Assembly (NCBI GenBank): GCA_963674945.2
Contig: CAXXWQ010000003.1
Coordinates: forward strand, 512,001-576,000
Reading direction: 5' to 3'
Length of the DNA stretch: 64,000 bases
DNA from: an uncultured Desulfosarcina sp.
GTDB taxonomy: Bacteria > Desulfobacterota > Desulfobacteria > Desulfobacterales > Desulfosarcinaceae
A program made the translations under genes and the position numbers. The notes beneath the pieces are model-generated. The model had not been told where the DNA came from, ran no database searches, and worked only from the letters and a program-made list of their open reading frames with translations. Positions 60,794 to 64,000 of the stretch are shown here, piece by piece (positions within the stretch are counted from its first letter, which is position 1; the number at the start of each line of letters is the position of its first letter).

Positions 60794-61481
60794 ATATGGA
60801 ACCGATCCATTCGTTGATCAGGTATTTGGAACGTAAATTGTCTATCTTGCTTCTAAGGATATCATTCATTAATTGGAAATAGACTTCCAAGGAAGAAGTT
60901 CAGTAATACAAACGAAAAAAGGCTTTTTGTAAAACGCTTTTCCCTTGTAATCAATCGACAAAATAATGGAAGAATGAATTTCTTTCGCAATACTGCTTGG
61001 CCATGTTTGGACGGGAAAAGCTTTTTAAGAATTAAATTGAGATCATTGATTAGTCAAACAGTAAATATCTATACATACTCACTTTATCATCGAGAAAATA
61101 AATTTGACATTTCATCCAACTTGAGACATTGAAGTTAGAATTTTTTATTACCTGCAAAAAGGTTGATTCCATGCTGCGGCTTTTCGGCTTTACATGACGG
61201 TGCTCCGACTCGCTACCCGGGTTGGTGTGCACCGTAGGAGACTGAAAGGCCGTATTTTTGCGTTGTTCCCGCCTCGCGTCAACACCACATGATGGCGCCG
61301 AACTCACATCAATGCGAAAAACGGCACAAGATGAAACAATCCGTGGTCCTGAAGGCCCATAGGATCTCCCATCGTTGTACCGGTGTGGTCCGATCCCAAA
61401 AGGCAACCTGCGTCCGCGTATTAAAAAAAACGGCAACCGAAATTCGGTCAGCCCATTACGGATCGACGAAAGGAACGACCC

Positions 61482-62813
61482 ATGAATGAAACAGAGGTAA
61501 TAAAAATTCAATCGAATCGAAAAAATGCTTTCATCGAAAAGGTCAAAGAGATTCTTCCCGATGGTGGGAACCTGAATCTGTGTCTCACCTGCGGAGCCTG
61601 TGCGGCGGGTTGCCCGGCCACCGGACTGGAGGGCATGGATCCCCGAAAATTCCTTCGGCTGGCGGCCCTGGGCCTGGATGAAGAGATCACCAAGCATCCC
61701 TGGGTGTGGATGTGTTCCATGTGTGCCCGTTGCACCTATGTCTGCCCCATGAGTATCAATATCTCAGGATTGATTTTCGAGGCACGGAAGTTATGGCCGC
61801 GGGAGGAACGGCCCAAAGGGATATTGGGATCCTGCGACATGGCGCTTCGCAACGAAAGCGGCAGTGCAATGGGAACGCCACCCGAGGATTTCACCTTTGT
61901 GGTGGAAGACGTACTCGAAGAAGTACGCGAGACCCAACCGGGCTGGGAAGATCTTCAGGCACCCCTCGAAAAGCAGGGTGCCCATTTCTTCGTCAGCCAG
62001 AACTCTCGGGAACCGGTAACGGAACCCGACGAGATGGTACCACTGTGGAAAATCTTCCACTTGGCAGGCATCGACTGGACTTACAGCAACCAGGCCTGGG
62101 GCGGCGAAAACTACTGCATGTTCCTGGCAGACGATGAGAACTGGAAAAGGGTCGCCAACAATACACTGAAACGGGCCGAAGAGCTGGGTTGTAAGGTTTA
62201 TTTGAATACCGAATGCGGCCACTCCACCTTTTCCGTGTGGGAAGCGAACAGACGCTACGGCATTGACTCTCCGCTGGAAATCGCCCCAATGGTGGCCTAT
62301 TACTATGAGTGGATCAAATCGGGAAAACTCAAAGTCAGTTCCGACTGGAACAAAGACCGGAAAATCAAGTTCACGGTCCAGGATCCCTGCAACCAGATCC
62401 GGAAGAGCTATGGGGACGAGCAGGCCGATAAGATGCGCTACGTGGTCAAGGCCTGCGTGGGAGAAGAAAACTTCGTGGAAATGTACCCCAACAAGTCCAA
62501 CAACTTCTGCTGCGGCGGCGGTGGCGGATATTTGCAGTCCGGCTACACCCAGGCGCGCCTTGCCTACGGAAAGATCAAATCCGACCAGATCATCACCACC
62601 GGCGCGGATTATTGCCTGACGCCCTGCCACAACTGCCATGCACAGATTCACGAACTGTCCCATCATTATGGTGGAAACTTTCAAGTCACCCATATGTGGA
62701 CGATCATCGCACTATCGCTTGGCATTCTGGCCGAAAACGAGAGAGAATATCTGGGAGACGATCTGAAGGATGTGTGGCTGCCCGGCGAACCGGGAACGCC
62801 GAGTCCATTTTAG
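61482..62813 (+). CDS. HdrD-like (Fe-S)-binding protein (4Fe-4S dicluster plus CCG domain)
   Basis: CLTCGAC...CP, CSMCARC...CP, TECGH, QDPC, CCGGGGG, PCHNC. Confidence 0.9.
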   Translation: MNETEVIKIQSNRKNAFIEKVKEILPDGGNLNLCLTCGACAAGCPATGLEGMDPRKFLRLAALGLDEEITKHPWVWMCSMCARCTYVCPMSINISGLIFEARKLWPREERPKGILGSCDMALRNESGSAMGTPPEDFTFVVEDVLEEVRETQPGWEDLQAPLEKQGAHFFVSQNSREPVTEPDEMVPLWKIFHLAGIDWTYSNQAWGGENYCMFLADDENWKRVANNTLKRAEELGCKVYLNTECGHSTFSVWEANRRYGIDSPLEIAPMVAYYYEWIKSGKLKVSSDWNKDRKIKFTVQDPCNQIRKSYGDEQADKMRYVVKACVGEENFVEMYPNKSNNFCCGGGGGYLQSGYTQARLAYGKIKSDQIITTGADYCLTPCHNCHAQIHELSHHYGGNFQVTHMWTIIALSLGILAENEREYLGDDLKDVWLPGEPGTPSPF

Positions 62814-62924
62814 CATTCAGCAATAGTATATCATCCAAAGGAGAAACCATGTCCCACCGGGGACATTAAACCGTCACCTTTCAGAGACATAGGCCGAGCG
62901 ATTGTCGAGCTTGCCACAGATGCT

Positions 62925-63437
62925 ATGATAGAAAACATACACGTAGATCCCAAACTGGAAAAATGTCTGACGGTATTGGAGAGGGGTGGCCGGCGTTCCT
63001 GTTTGGCCGCGGATCGGGTACGGTCGATCATCGCCGAACTCAAGCAGGGAGAAATGCCAACCCATGAAATATGTTCGTTCACCAAAAACGGAGAGGCCCG
63101 CATCAAAGGATGCCGGAAGTACGACCTTGGCGCCGGCTATCGTCTGGTCACATTGAAACGGGGAAACGACCTGTACCTGCTATACGCAGGAACCCACGAC
63201 GAGTGCGGTCGCTGGGTTGAGAACAATCGGGAACAATTGGCCTTGGAAATGATCGGTCAGCGCAGTACCACCATCAGGCGTACCACGGCGAAATGCGCTT
63301 CAAAGACAAGCTGCCGGGGTCTGCCGGATCAGGAACAGGAAGAGGAGGAGGATTGGATCCCCCCCCTGGATGATCAAGACCTTCGGATCATTTTTAAAGG
63401 ATTGATCCAAAGCGTCGGCGAAAAGTCCAACCAATGA
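62925..63437 (+). CDS. hypothetical protein with RelE/ParE-like core
   Basis: RIKGCRKYDLGAGYRLV...LLYAGTHDE and an acidic tail. Confidence 0.65.
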   Translation: MIENIHVDPKLEKCLTVLERGGRRSCLAADRVRSIIAELKQGEMPTHEICSFTKNGEARIKGCRKYDLGAGYRLVTLKRGNDLYLLYAGTHDECGRWVENNREQLALEMIGQRSTTIRRTTAKCASKTSCRGLPDQEQEEEEDWIPPLDDQDLRIIFKGLIQSVGEKSNQ

Positions 63438-63457
63438 GCTGCAATAAAGGAGAAAAA

Positions 63458-63772
63458 ATGATCAACGTCACTCAAGCCGCCATCGATGCATTAACCGACT
63501 ATTTCCGTACCGCCGAACGGAAACCGGTACGGATTTTTCTGACCCAGGGGTGTGGTGGCCAACGTCTGGCAATGGCCCTGGACGAAACCAAGGAAAGCGA
63601 TTCGGTGTGCACAGCCGGTGATCACCAGATCATCATGGACCGGACGCTTTTGGAGGAGGCGAAGCCCGTGGACGTGGATTATTCGGACATGGGGTTCAAG
63701 ATCGCCTCCAATCTCGAATTGGGCGGCGGTTGCCAAAGTTGCGGAACCGCCGGAAGCTGCTGTTCATCGTAA
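63458..63772 (+). CDS. IscA/HesB-like protein (Cys form)
   Basis: AGGAG RBS; VRIFLTQGCGGQRLAMALDE; C-terminal CQSC..SCC. Confidence 0.88.
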   Translation: MINVTQAAIDALTDYFRTAERKPVRIFLTQGCGGQRLAMALDETKESDSVCTAGDHQIIMDRTLLEEAKPVDVDYSDMGFKIASNLELGGGCQSCGTAGSCCSS

Positions 63773-63799
63773 AAAAGGCGACTTGACACCTTTTTTACG
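63768..63799 (+). terminator. terminator hairpin after the HesB-like gene
   Basis: CGTAAAAAAGG / CCTTTTTTACG inverted repeat. Confidence 0.65.
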
Positions 63800-63814
63800 G
63801 AGGTTAAACAATAG

Positions 63815-63844
63815 ATCGAAAAGGCGCCTCGGCGCCTTTTCGAT
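63815..63844. repeat. 14-bp perfect palindrome, terminator or operator
   Basis: ATCGAAAAGGCGCC-TC-GGCGCCTTTTCGAT, directly before TTGACA at 63848. Confidence 0.6.
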
Positions 63845-64000
63845 TCGTTGACAACGCCGCCGAAGTTTGCTGATAGAAGCTCCGTTGAAGCCGATGGATA
63901 TGATCCGGGCATTACGAAAATGCCTCGTCACTTCACGTAACGTACCACAATCACCGATCACCTGCTCTACAGGGAATCGGTAATTTCCCCAGAGTTCATC

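Noticed and set aside
54826..63772. In-frame UGA targets (selenoproteins) near selB
   Set aside because: Neighbouring ORFs are complete with Cys codons; no convincing read-through extension was seen by eye.
1..64000. CRISPR array, rRNA, integrase or transposase
   Set aside because: No regularly spaced repeats or matching motifs were seen.

Overview
A 64-kb chromosomal window of roughly 50-55% GC whose gene content and repeats suggest a sulfate-reducing deltaproteobacterium (Desulfobacterales-like; this is an inference). From left to right it holds: a CHASE2 adenylate/guanylate cyclase with a FecR-domain partner; arfB, metF and uvsE; a lipid-modification cluster (DUF1365-Cfa fusion, FAD oxidoreductase, DUF2177, chalcone-isomerase-like protein, MFS, DUF1295, second methyltransferase); a glycosyltransferase/PIG-L cassette; MscS, a hybrid kinase and an MMPL transporter; an AT-rich catabolic islet (tandem Lrp regulator, GlcD-like and CCG Fe-S proteins, truncated UroD-like gene); a gingipain-like C25 protease; an HDOD kinase with a hybrid kinase; TrpR opposite an ABC transporter; M48 peptidase, trmL and an exported Fe-SOD; and a selenium/recoding locus. 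The main finding is the UCA-anticodon tRNA at 60702-60793 (minus strand), which does not look like a normal tRNA-Sec. It has an 8-bp acceptor stem closed by A1:U72, a U73 discriminator and a 4-bp T-stem with a bulged A, which matches the rare SelC* tRNA-Cys(UCA) class. It lies directly upstream of a divergent SelB (SelB*) with altered amino-acid-pocket and SECIS-binding motifs, converges on a yedE-tusA-DUF3343-kinase operon, and is flanked by Cys versions of selenoprotein families. This points to a UGA-to-cysteine recoding or selenium-limitation module. Gene calls come from motif recognition only; no database searches were run.
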